Below the pieces are notes generated by a model. That model was not told the origin of the DNA, searched no databases, and worked only from the letters and a program-made list of their open reading frames with translations. This document shows positions 7,409-15,539 of a stretch of 38,377 nt of DNA, in pieces. The position numbers and the translations under genes are program-made. The DNA comes from a virus (taxonomy: Duplodnaviria; Caudoviricetes). The stretch lies in IMG/VR virus record IMGVR_UViG_3300030606_000025, positions 1 through 38,377 of that record; one strand, 5' to 3'. Positions within the stretch are counted from its first letter, which is position 1; the number at the start of each line of letters is the position of its first letter.

Positions 7409-8980
7409 CTACGCCGCGATCCGCCAGTCGAGCGCGCGTCTGTTGTCTGACTCGTCCTTTAAGCAGAACGTAACAGGTAACAGACACAGGGTTGCGGCGA
7501 TGGAATCGGGGCCGATCACGATCTTGTACTGGCCGTTGCCTGGGATGAGAGCAGCTACAATTGCCGCGCGTTCGTCGGACGTGGTTGCTTGGATAAGCTG
7601 GCGCAGATCATCGAGTGTAGTCACGATCTCTTCGGGTGTGGCGTGTCGCGCTACGGCTTCCGACTCCGCGATCTCTGCACGGAGGGCAGCGCGCTCGTTC
7701 GCGATCTCGGCCAAGGTTGTGTCCAACGACAGTTCGAGCAGCCCGGACCGGAACCTGGCCACAAGTCCACGTTCTGTGCTGTCCAGACGCGCTAACCGTT
7801 GCCGCGCTTGCTCGAGATCTTTGGCGTTATCCTTGAGATCAGCGGGTTGCGTAGCGTTGAGCGCTTCGAGTAGCCCCGAGCGATTGCTGATAGCGTCTGC
7901 TATCGCTTCCCATAAGAGCATATCGACATGCTCAACCCGGCGCCATTTGGTCGTGCACCGCTTCGATTTATCAACAGGACGTTGTCCATTCATGCACACG
8001 TAATAGCGTATTTTCTTGCCGGCGCGCTTTGCGCCGTACGCTATCCCGATATTACCGCCACAGAGAGCACAGATCGCACGCCCGCTGGCATACGCGATAC
8101 GCTTTGTTCGCGTGCGTGGAGCGCTCGAGCGCTCGGCAAGGAGAGCTTGCACTTTGTGCCACTCGGCGTCAGACACGATGGCAGGTACAGCAAGCGAGAG
8201 TTTTTCACGTCGATTAGCTACGTATTCACCCCGGTACGTAGCCGATGTTAGGATCCTGTAGATTGCTCCCCGATCCCAGACCGGAGCCTGATTTTTGCGC
8301 TTGCGTGTGGGCACGTCGCGTCTATTCAACGCCAACGCTGCAGAGTGGCACGATAAGCCACCCTGAATCATCTGGTAGATTTCGCGCACGACAGCAGCCT
8401 CATGCTCACACAGAAGTAAATGGCCGGTGTTGCGATCGTAGCTATAACCATACGGGTTCGGGCCTTGTGGCTTTTTACCCTCTGCCAAAGAACGCCTGCG
8501 CCCGCGCATTGTGCGCTCACGAATCGCCCTATGCTCGCGCGCAGCGAAGATCGCGCCCACTCCTACCAGGAGATCGCCGCTGTCAGTATCTAGATCGTGG
8601 ATCGTGCCCGTGCTAGCGTCTGCTATGCGTACGCCGGCGCGCTGAAATGCCCCGAACACTGCCGCGCGCTCGTGCCAATCGTCTGTTCGCGTGAGCCGAT
8701 CAATCCCTTGCACCACGACGAGATCAAACAACCCGGCGCGAGCGTCTGCCAAGAGTGCGGCTAGGCTCTCGCGTTTGTCGGCACCTGTTGTTCCCGATAG
8801 TCCGTCGTCAACGTACGCGCTTGCGGGCTTTACCAGGTGCCAACCGCGTGCGGCTGCGAATTCGGGCAAGTTCGTCAACTGGGATCGTATCGTTCCCTTG
8901 TCTCGTTGATCGATCGACGAAACCCGCGCGTACACGACTGCGCGCGGTTTTGAGGATTTTCGTGATGGTTTCGACTGCAT
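7409..8980 (-). CDS. int: Large serine recombinase (integrase)
   Basis: YARVSS catalytic motif, YVDDGLSG, IDRLTR, ERTMRG; recombinase domain (PYGY, ILTSATYRG, PAIVS); Zn ribbon CALC..YYVC..C; coiled coil. Confidence 0.95.
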   Translation of the reverse strand: MQSKPSRKSSKPRAVVYARVSSIDQRDKGTIRSQLTNLPEFAAARGWHLVKPASAYVDDGLSGTTGADKRESLAALLADARAGLFDLVVVQGIDRLTRTDDWHERAAVFGAFQRAGVRIADASTGTIHDLDTDSGDLLVGVGAIFAAREHRAIRERTMRGRRRSLAEGKKPQGPNPYGYSYDRNTGHLLLCEHEAAVVREIYQMIQGGLSCHSAALALNRRDVPTRKRKNQAPVWDRGAIYRILTSATYRGEYVANRREKLSLAVPAIVSDAEWHKVQALLAERSSAPRTRTKRIAYASGRAICALCGGNIGIAYGAKRAGKKIRYYVCMNGQRPVDKSKRCTTKWRRVEHVDMLLWEAIADAISNRSGLLEALNATQPADLKDNAKDLEQARQRLARLDSTERGLVARFRSGLLELSLDTTLAEIANERAALRAEIAESEAVARHATPEEIVTTLDDLRQLIQATTSDERAAIVAALIPGNGQYKIVIGPDSIAATLCLLPVTFCLKDESDNRRALDWRIAA

Positions 8981-8982
8981 GG

Positions 8983-9030
8983 GTGTGCTCCGATTGTGTT
9001 GCTTGTGTATGCAACACTATAGGAGCACAC
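8983..9030. other. Candidate attP: 48-bp imperfect inverted repeat
   Basis: Arms GTGTGCTCCGATTGTGTTGC (8983-9002) and GCAACACTATAGGAGCACAC (9011-9030) match at 18/20 positions; 8-bp centre with central TG at 9006-9007; 2 bp upstream of the integrase ATG. Confidence 0.7.
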
Positions 9031-9075
9031 ATGGAGGGAGCAAGGGTTGGGGCGCGTTCGGGCACGGCACGAATT

Positions 9076-9092
9076 TGCCGTTATTCTCGGGC
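9076..9092. promoter_or_regulatory. Degenerate operator TGCCG-TTATTCT-CGGGC upstream of int/attP
   Basis: CCG-N7-CGG geometry with an intact CCGTTA half-site. Confidence 0.5.
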
Positions 9093-9128
9093 TGTGGCCA
9101 GGCCCTAGTGACGTGTGTGGAAACAGCC

Positions 9129-9593
9129 TCACCTGAGAGGCAGGGCTAGGAGTCTTTTAGGCTCCCAGACTTGGAGCGCGGTCTGGGTATAGTAGGGCCC
9201 GTACGGATAGCTCGGTGTGTTTGGTACCCCACCACCGATCGATTGGTTGCGGTATTCGAGCACCACCGATCCGTCCTTCTGCTCCGTCACCAGGTATGGG
9301 CCTTGTTTTCCGGTCACGTTCTCTGCCTTTCGACAGCGATAGGTCACCGCGCGAACCCGGGCGGCTTCCAGAATCTCGTCCATTCGGGGCTCGGTGTCCT
9401 GGCGTGAACGAGTCCAGAAAAAACGGGTCACAAACTCGCCAATCTCCGCGGCAAGCGGCGTGTTGCCGAAAACCTTGCGCCCAGCGAACTGGGCAGCGTG
9501 GAACTCTGGGTTCCACGGGATCGTCAAGGGAATCTTGGGCGAGTTCCATGACTCACCGAGGCCGTAGCCTCTTTGGTAGGTGTGTTCAATCAT
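9129..9593 (-). CDS. Hypothetical protein
   Basis: ATGA overlap with the upstream gene; last gene of the leftward operon. Confidence 0.65.
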   Translation of the reverse strand: MIEHTYQRGYGLGESWNSPKIPLTIPWNPEFHAAQFAGRKVFGNTPLAAEIGEFVTRFFWTRSRQDTEPRMDEILEAARVRAVTYRCRKAENVTGKQGPYLVTEQKDGSVVLEYRNQSIGGGVPNTPSYPYGPYYTQTALQVWEPKRLLALPLR

Positions 9594-9838
9594 TTGTATC
9601 TCTGCCGCCGTATTGGCAGCCAGTCAGGGGTCAGCACAGCGACCCCATCCTTGCAGCCACATAAGTAGCCAAATTGGCGTATTCGCTGGTACATCGCGAT
9701 GCACGGACTGCAAGTTCCGTGGAGTCGCGTTTTCCCCCCGCCCGATCCTGGGTTATCAACCCAGACACAGAAACAGTCAACGGGCGGAGTCGGGACATGG
9801 TGTTTGCAGTCGGTAACACGTGGCAACTTTGGCGTCAT
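9590..9838 (-). CDS. Small Cys-rich hypothetical protein
   Basis: Strong RBS AGGAGG; CKHH, CFC, CSPC and CGC motifs. Confidence 0.65.
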   Translation of the reverse strand: MTPKLPRVTDCKHHVPTPPVDCFCVWVDNPGSGGGKTRLHGTCSPCIAMYQRIRQFGYLCGCKDGVAVLTPDWLPIRRQRYK

Positions 9839-9884
9839 TTGTATCCCTCCTATTGGTTTTTGGCGCGACGGGCCGCGCCTGTGA

Positions 9885-10205
9885 TCAGAAAATCACCACT
9901 TCTCGGACTACTTCGCCCCGGCGAATCTTCCCGGCTACCTTCCTGTAGCCAGGGACCTGGCCTAGGGGCACGATCGCGAAGCGCTGGTTATTCCAGCGCG
10001 CGTCATCGCCGGCTGCCACTGCGGCAGCACGGTCAGGGAACACGGCAAGCGTGGCCGAGAACGGGTCCTCAGGGACCGAATCGACGGCCAGATACCCGTC
10101 TGGTACCAAATCGGGCGGGGCGCCGTTGTGGATCTCAGCCCCACGGACCACGGTCCGTGCCGTCGATGCGTTCTGTCCGAGAATCTGAATCGCGTACATG
10201 GTCAT
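9885..10205 (-). CDS. Hypothetical protein
   Basis: RBS AAAGGA 8 nt before ATG 10205 (MTMYAIQ...). Confidence 0.65.
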   Translation of the reverse strand: MTMYAIQILGQNASTARTVVRGAEIHNGAPPDLVPDGYLAVDSVPEDPFSATLAVFPDRAAAVAAGDDARWNNQRFAIVPLGQVPGYRKVAGKIRRGEVVREVVIF

Positions 10206-10369
10206 TGTCGCTATCCTTTTCAGGGCGGCTGGGTCGATGCTCCGGCGCAAAGCTCCGACTCGTCCCTTGCCCTGGCCCTGTCTGCACAGTGCGCCACGAT
10301 CCGGGCGGCTTCTTTACTCGAAAGTGTGGCCAAAAGACTAGCCGAATTCTTTCGAGTTACCGTTGCGTT

Positions 10370-10750
10370 TTACGATTCATCAGCGCTCCCAAAGGACAGC
10401 AGAGCGAGCGCGCCGATGCCGCAGGGATCCGTGATCTCGGCCAGGCGTTTGGCATCGTTCGCGCGACCGTTCTTGACTAGCCAGTTCACAGCCGCCCCTA
10501 TCTCGTGCTCGGAGTACCGGGACGACTCGCCGCCGAGACAATCGGCGTACACGTGCTGCGCAGCGGGCGGGGCCGCGTGGACGTGGGGGTTCGTGATCGC
10601 TAGGGTCACCGGCTTCGGACCGGCACCCGGAGCCCACAGTTGGTAGCTGACTGTGTGTCCACCCGGACCTGCCTTTTGCAGGTCCTCTCGAGCAAGGTCA
10701 ACAGCGAGAAGTGAGGGATTGTATCCTAGCGAGATCATCATCTTTTTCAT
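10370..10750 (-). CDS. Hypothetical protein
   Basis: Same-strand operon; start at one of the Met codons in MKKMM. Confidence 0.6.
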   Translation of the reverse strand: MKKMMISLGYNPSLLAVDLAREDLQKAGPGGHTVSYQLWAPGAGPKPVTLAITNPHVHAAPPAAQHVYADCLGGESSRYSEHEIGAAVNWLVKNGRANDAKRLAEITDPCGIGALALLSFGSADES

Positions 10751-10758
10751 CCTTTGGT

Positions 10759-10779
10759 AAAAGCGCGCTTGATTGCGCG
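10759..10779 (-). terminator. Weak intrinsic terminator-like hairpin
   Basis: Minus strand CGCGC-AATCAA-GCGCG-CTTTT directly after the CCA of the tRNA-like element. Confidence 0.35.
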
Positions 10780-10825
10780 TGGTGCGTGGGGCAGGAATCG
10801 AACCTGCCCGGGGGATCATTCACGC
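10780..10825 (-). ncRNA. 46-nt tRNA-like element (acceptor stem + T-arm + ACCA, no D or anticodon arm)
   Basis: Minus strand GCGTGAA-TGATCCCCCGG-GCAGG-TTCGATT-CCTGC-CCCACGC-ACCA. Confidence 0.55.
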
Positions 10826-11019
10826 TAAGCGAGCGCAATCTTCCGAATCCGCGCCATTTCTGACTCCGAGAGACTGTGACACGTAGTGTAGTACCCTGCT
10901 ACCGCATCCCAAACGCACACAACAGGTACAGGCCCGACTCGGAATCTGTACTTCCGTGCGGGTTCACAACGAAACGCTTTGGCTTTGGTAATAACGGTTC
11001 GGATTTTGCTGTTCGACAT
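10825..11019 (-). CDS. Basic 64-aa hypothetical protein (leaderless cassette 5, first gene of the leftward operon)
   Basis: ATG at 11019 (MSNSKIRT...) is 7 nt after the -10 of promoter 11027-11055; the ORF-track TTG start is the -35 itself. Confidence 0.65.
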   Translation of the reverse strand: MSNSKIRTVITKAKAFRCEPARKYRFRVGPVPVVCVWDAVAGYYTTCHSLSESEMARIRKIALA

Positions 11020-11026
11020 ACTCAGT

Positions 11027-11055
11027 ACTTTGCCCGTTAATCGCGGGCAGGTCAA
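11027..11055 (-). promoter_or_regulatory. Promoter/operator copy (operator 11032-11048, flipped orientation)
   Basis: Minus strand TTGACC-TGCCCGCGATTAACGGG-CAAAGT, 17-bp spacer. Confidence 0.75.
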
Positions 11056-11067
11056 GAGTTTTATCCA

Positions 11068-11115
11068 AGAAAAATCACTGTACAGGTGAGCAGTACTGGG
11101 CCTACCATTACATTG
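11068..11115 (+). promoter_or_regulatory. Putative late promoter of the tail operon
   Basis: AGAAAAATC-ACTG-TACAGGTGAG-CAGT, then TACCAT (11103-11108) 7 nt before ATG 11116. Confidence 0.5.
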
Positions 11116-11874
11116 ATGTTGTTTACGCTCATTTTGGCAACAGAAACCGCGATTTCTCAGCTATTCGCCGCGCAAGGGCTTGCAGATCGCGTGACTCGTG
11201 GCCTGGGTGGATACTCACCCGATACTCCGGAAACTCTCCTTGACGTGTCGATCCAGCCCCATGACAGGGAGCGAGCGCAACTTGGCGTAGCAAAGGTCAC
11301 ACTCGAGACACGCCTAACGGTTGTATCCCGGCAACAGTCGTTTCAACACGCTCGCGATCTTGCGTGGTTCACTCTGGAGTTAGCGCAAACGGTACTGGAA
11401 ACCACAGGGCAGTCAGTATACGCAAACGTGCAGTCAACCTCGTATAACGAGGATGCCAGTATATCGGACGGAATTCCCGTGTACACAATACGTGCGGTCA
11501 TCTTGTCCGAGATACGTCACCAATCTGCACGTGCCAACGTGCTGGGTGTTGTTTCAACAGCAACAGGCCAGTACACACCCGATCACGAACGATTGGCGAA
11601 ATCGATGCAACGTACAATAGTTATCGGTACACCAGCCGGTGTAACGGAATCACCGGCTACTGTGGCCGCTTTTTATCAGGTAGCCGATTTGACAGAGGCT
11701 ATCGCGCTTTTGGACGCTGATTCCGCTGTTGTCCAGAGTGTTTCTCCTGCTACTCTAAAGGGGCTTGTCGAGTTCAGCGCTGTGCCAGAAGGCAGCTATC
11801 ACGTGGCCGTTCTGTACAGCGGCACGGAGCAGCTTATCAGTGCCAATAGCACCCAGGTAATTACAAGGCCATAG
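11116..11874 (+). CDS. Putative tail terminator/completion protein with a C-terminal extension
   Basis: Position immediately before the sheath gene; start reassigned to MLFTL. Confidence 0.45.
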   Translation: MLFTLILATETAISQLFAAQGLADRVTRGLGGYSPDTPETLLDVSIQPHDRERAQLGVAKVTLETRLTVVSRQQSFQHARDLAWFTLELAQTVLETTGQSVYANVQSTSYNEDASISDGIPVYTIRAVILSEIRHQSARANVLGVVSTATGQYTPDHERLAKSMQRTIVIGTPAGVTESPATVAAFYQVADLTEAIALLDADSAVVQSVSPATLKGLVEFSAVPEGSYHVAVLYSGTEQLISANSTQVITRP

Positions 11875-11875
11875 C

Positions 11876-13297
11876 ATGTCAAAAGTACCCTCAGCGTCAG
11901 TTCTCTTTCGTCTTGCTGATGCCGCTCTCGAGCAGCCGCAAAGCGTGCTTTTGATTGCGCCAATCTCGTCGGCCGGAACGGGTACGCCAGATACGCCAAC
12001 ACGTGTGCTCGACTCCGAGCAAGGTGCGGCGTTCTTTGGCGAGTCGGATGGTGTGGCTGCTGTGGCGCGTTTTTTCGAACTGGCCATGCAAGCGGATTTC
12101 GATCTGTACGCGTTCGGGGTCGATGCCAGCACGTGGACCACGAATACCTGGGAAGTGACGATCACGGGCACTTCCACGAAAGCGGGCACAAATTACTGGC
12201 GCTTTGGATCATACCAGCTACCTGTGGGTGTGCCCACAGGTACTAGCAACACGGCACACGCAACGCTCTTGGCCGCTGCCCTGGCCGCATCCGACTTACC
12301 GCTCACCGCCGTGGTTGATGGTGTAAACGCCAATCAAGTCAATATCACGTCGACCGACGGCGGTGAGCATATCGCACGCACGCCGCTATCAGTGGATCTC
12401 TATGCCGAGCGTGGAGAAAGCGGCGTCGCTGGCGTGTCGTTTGAGATCGTCAACAACGCAGATGCAACAGGTTCTCCTACGTTCGATAGCACGAACATCG
12501 TGCAAGACCACACCTGGTACCTACACCCGTTCCACAGTACGTCATGGTTCGATGATATCGAAGAGTGGCTCGTTGATCGCTGGGAAAACTCGCAGTTCCC
12601 TCACGCAATCACAGCACGCAACGATACCAGTTCGGCAACTGTGACGCTCTTCGATGCACGCAATGACTTCCACAGCAGCTACGTGGCAGCGGCCAATGCG
12701 CCAGAGTGGGAGATCGAGACCGCGATCAACATGCTCAACGCGATCCAGGGAACGATCAATACGCGCGGCGAAACGGTTCCGCAGACGATCGATTTGCTTC
12801 TTACAATGAACCGGCCGACGATCGTGTACGACAAGGCGACATTGCTCGATGCCGGCGCTATTCCTCTACGTGCTGCAGGGTCGAGCACGTTCGCTATTCG
12901 TGTAGTGACCAATCGACGCAAAACAGATGGTGGACAAGAAGATCTGCGAGTGTTTGGCATCGACGCACGTTTGCGTGTGCGTGTGCTCGGTCGCAGGTTG
13001 GGCGGGTATCTGGCTTTGCAGCTCGATAAAGCGATCGTTGATGATGTTGCGCCACTATCGCCTGGGGTGGCTCTGCACGCCATCAGTCTGGACACCATCC
13101 GTGCGGAGATTTCCCAGCTTGTGGATCAAGCGATCCGGGATGCTGTGATCGATCTGCCTTTGGCGGATGCAGCAACCGTGATCCAAACAGTTGAATTGAT
13201 CACCGAAGGTGGTATCAAAACGGGTTTCAACGTGCGCTTGAATCCACGCATTGTCCAAAACAGCACGACCTTGAGTGCACTCGTTTCCCTTCGCTGA
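11876..13297 (+). CDS. Tail sheath protein (Mu gpL-like)
   Basis: 473 aa; QSVLLIA..AAFFGESD..VTITGT..AGT..LPLTA..VNITS..LLDAGAIPL..IRVVT pattern; synteny. Confidence 0.85.
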   Translation: MSKVPSASVLFRLADAALEQPQSVLLIAPISSAGTGTPDTPTRVLDSEQGAAFFGESDGVAAVARFFELAMQADFDLYAFGVDASTWTTNTWEVTITGTSTKAGTNYWRFGSYQLPVGVPTGTSNTAHATLLAAALAASDLPLTAVVDGVNANQVNITSTDGGEHIARTPLSVDLYAERGESGVAGVSFEIVNNADATGSPTFDSTNIVQDHTWYLHPFHSTSWFDDIEEWLVDRWENSQFPHAITARNDTSSATVTLFDARNDFHSSYVAAANAPEWEIETAINMLNAIQGTINTRGETVPQTIDLLLTMNRPTIVYDKATLLDAGAIPLRAAGSSTFAIRVVTNRRKTDGGQEDLRVFGIDARLRVRVLGRRLGGYLALQLDKAIVDDVAPLSPGVALHAISLDTIRAEISQLVDQAIRDAVIDLPLADAATVIQTVELITEGGIKTGFNVRLNPRIVQNSTTLSALVSLR

Positions 13298-13323
13298 TAC
13301 AACGACGCCAGCCAGGATAGAAT

Positions 13324-13719
13324 ATGTCACAGCAATTAAATCCAGGCGCACAGACGACAACCTGTGTGTTTAATATCCCAGGAGTAGGTCCGCGGTCACT
13401 CACAGCGTTGGGTGATACGAACTTGATGCCTTCGCGCATCGTACGCGAGGAAATCGATGATGCGAATACTCCTGATCCCAAACATCGGCTCAAACACAAG
13501 CGCGGCAAACTCACGATGCAGGCTGTTACGGATCAGGATCTGTCGTGGCTTGATCGGGTAGAAGGTGCCACGTTGACGACCACGCTGCTCAACGGACGCA
13601 AGCTTGTATTCGGCAACGTGACACTCGTGGTGGACGAAGGTGTGAATCAGAACATCACCCAAGGTACAACGGAAACCCTGACGTTCACCTACGGCTCAGC
13701 TGTAGACCAGATTGGGTAA
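13324..13719 (+). CDS. Tail tube protein (Mu gpM-like)
   Basis: 131 aa after the sheath; ATLTTTLLNGRKLVFGN motif resembles Mu-type tubes. Confidence 0.75.
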   Translation: MSQQLNPGAQTTTCVFNIPGVGPRSLTALGDTNLMPSRIVREEIDDANTPDPKHRLKHKRGKLTMQAVTDQDLSWLDRVEGATLTTTLLNGRKLVFGNVTLVVDEGVNQNITQGTTETLTFTYGSAVDQIG

Positions 13720-13721
13720 CT

Positions 13722-15539
13722 GTGCCCACGTTCGCGGCAAAAGTCGCGCTTGGCTTACGCGACGATTTTACACGCGCGGTAGTCACGCGCTTTGATCGAC
13801 TAGGGCGTGCCGCTGAGCGTGTTGGAAAGCGTATAGGGCGTGCGCTCGGGCGTGGTGCACGGGGTGCTGCTAAAGCATTTGGGGGGGTCGCAAAAGGTGT
13901 CGCCGGTGTTGCATCAGGTGCGGCAATCGCCGGTGTGGCAGCGGCACGCGAGCGCGTAATCAACCTCGAAGAGTCGTTAACCGATCTTCAAGTGCAAGGT
14001 GGTCTTACAGCGGAGGAGACTGAGAACTTTCGCGGGGTAGCCGCCAAGTTATCAAAGCAAACCGGCATCGCGAAAACAGACGTACTTGGCGCAGCAAAAG
14101 CCATGGTCAATCTGGAAGGGAAGGCCGGCGCAAGCGCTAAGAAAATGGATGTGCTTACACGAGCAACCGTAGCCGTCAAAGAAGTAGATGATGACGCTCG
14201 GGAAGTGATGGATGATCTTGCGGGCGTAATGTTCGCGTTGAACGCTGCTTTCTTCGAAGGCAAGGGCAGTGCTGAGGAATTAGAGGGAGCCCTAAGTGCA
14301 GCGATCGAAGCTGGAAAGCAAGGCTCGATTCCGCTTGGCGAAATGGGTACCGTGCTACAGCAGGTTGCGAGCCAGTTCAAGAGCGTGACCGGCCGTGGTA
14401 CCGAGGGAGCCGCCGATCTTGCCGCGGCATTGCAGGTTGCACGCGTGGGGTTTGGATCGGCGGCAGAAGCGGGCACGGGCTTGAAAGCGTTGATCGGCTC
14501 GCTCACTGGCAACGCGAAGCTTTTCAACAAACATGGTGTCAAGGTGTTCAATGTGGCTAAAGATGGCACCAAAACACTGAAACCTTTGCGTGAGATCTTC
14601 ACACAGATCGGAAATAGCAAACTAGCGAAAGACCCTACGCTTTTGCAGAAAGCCTTTGGATCAAAAGAAGCTCTGATATTTTTTCAAGCGTTGGATCAGA
14701 ACGTTGATAAATGGAACGATATATCCAGCGCTGCACGCGAGAGCACAGCGGTTGCGGACGATTTCTTTACGAAAAACGCCAGCAAAGCAGCACAGGCTCG
14801 GCAAGCAATGAACGATGTTGATCAGGCGTTTGAGAAGGCATTCAACGCTGAGCGTTTGGAAGGCTTCAACGCTGCTCTAAAAGCGCTTGCCGCGGGAATA
14901 GGTGGGATTCTCGACGGCATCAACGCTGTTAGCAACGCACTCGGAAACGCGATCATTGATGTCAGCGGAATCGAAGAGAAGCTGCAAAAGAAACAAGAAG
15001 CGCAGAGCCTAGAGCTAAGGCAAGCGCAAGAGTTCAGCACCGGCAAGATCGGCAAAGCGCAAAGCGCACGCGCAGCGAGGCACGGTGTCGTTGATAGCGA
15101 GCTGCAACAGATCCAGGTCGCACGCTTGCTCGTTCGCGATGCCGAACGTGAGGGGTTTATCAAAGATGGCCAGGTGCAAACAGGCAAAGTTGCACAAAGG
15201 TCGCGTGCAGCTGGGCAAGATAAGAAATCAACGATAGATGCACGTGTGCGTGGTCTACAGGAAGCCATGGCGTTGGCGCAAGCGAACGAAGGCCGAGAGC
15301 TTCGCACTTCTGTGGTCGATCGTCGTGTGCTTCCTAGTGGCGAGGTAGTGAATGTGCGCGCAACAAACGAGCAAGCGAAACAGACAGCGTTCACACGTGA
15401 TGCACAGGTGCTTGCTGTCCAAATGGCACGTCCGATCCAACAAATGGCGGATAGTGTTGTCAAGAGCAATGCAACGCTTAGCCAGCGTTTGGGTCTACTA
15501 GAGTCTAAATCTGGCAAGGGACGCCGGCGGCGACGCTGA
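13722..15539 (+). CDS. Tape measure protein
   Basis: Ala/Gly/Lys-rich helical protein; FGSAAEAGTGLKAL..GVKVF..KPLREIF..AFG core typical of TP901-family TMPs. Confidence 0.9.
   Translation: MPTFAAKVALGLRDDFTRAVVTRFDRLGRAAERVGKRIGRALGRGARGAAKAFGGVAKGVAGVASGAAIAGVAAARERVINLEESLTDLQVQGGLTAEETENFRGVAAKLSKQTGIAKTDVLGAAKAMVNLEGKAGASAKKMDVLTRATVAVKEVDDDAREVMDDLAGVMFALNAAFFEGKGSAEELEGALSAAIEAGKQGSIPLGEMGTVLQQVASQFKSVTGRGTEGAADLAAALQVARVGFGSAAEAGTGLKALIGSLTGNAKLFNKHGVKVFNVAKDGTKTLKPLREIFTQIGNSKLAKDPTLLQKAFGSKEALIFFQALDQNVDKWNDISSAARESTAVADDFFTKNASKAAQARQAMNDVDQAFEKAFNAERLEGFNAALKALAAGIGGILDGINAVSNALGNAIIDVSGIEEKLQKKQEAQSLELRQAQEFSTGKIGKAQSARAARHGVVDSELQQIQVARLLVRDAEREGFIKDGQVQTGKVAQRSRAAGQDKKSTIDARVRGLQEAMALAQANEGRELRTSVVDRRVLPSGEVVNVRATNEQAKQTAFTRDAQVLAVQMARPIQQMADSVVKSNATLSQRLGLLESKSGKGRRRRR

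Noticed and set aside
5162-8980. Gin/Cin-type tail fibre inversion system
   Set aside because: The recombinase is a large integrase-type enzyme; no inverted second fibre C-terminus or flanking inverted crossover sites were seen.
10780-10860. Complete tRNA gene
   Set aside because: No D or anticodon arm; the upstream sequence is the coding end of 10825-11019.
10985-10997. Operator half-sites TAATAACGG inside early ORFs (also 37468-37476)
   Set aside because: Only one half-site matches; cannot be distinguished from chance without statistics.
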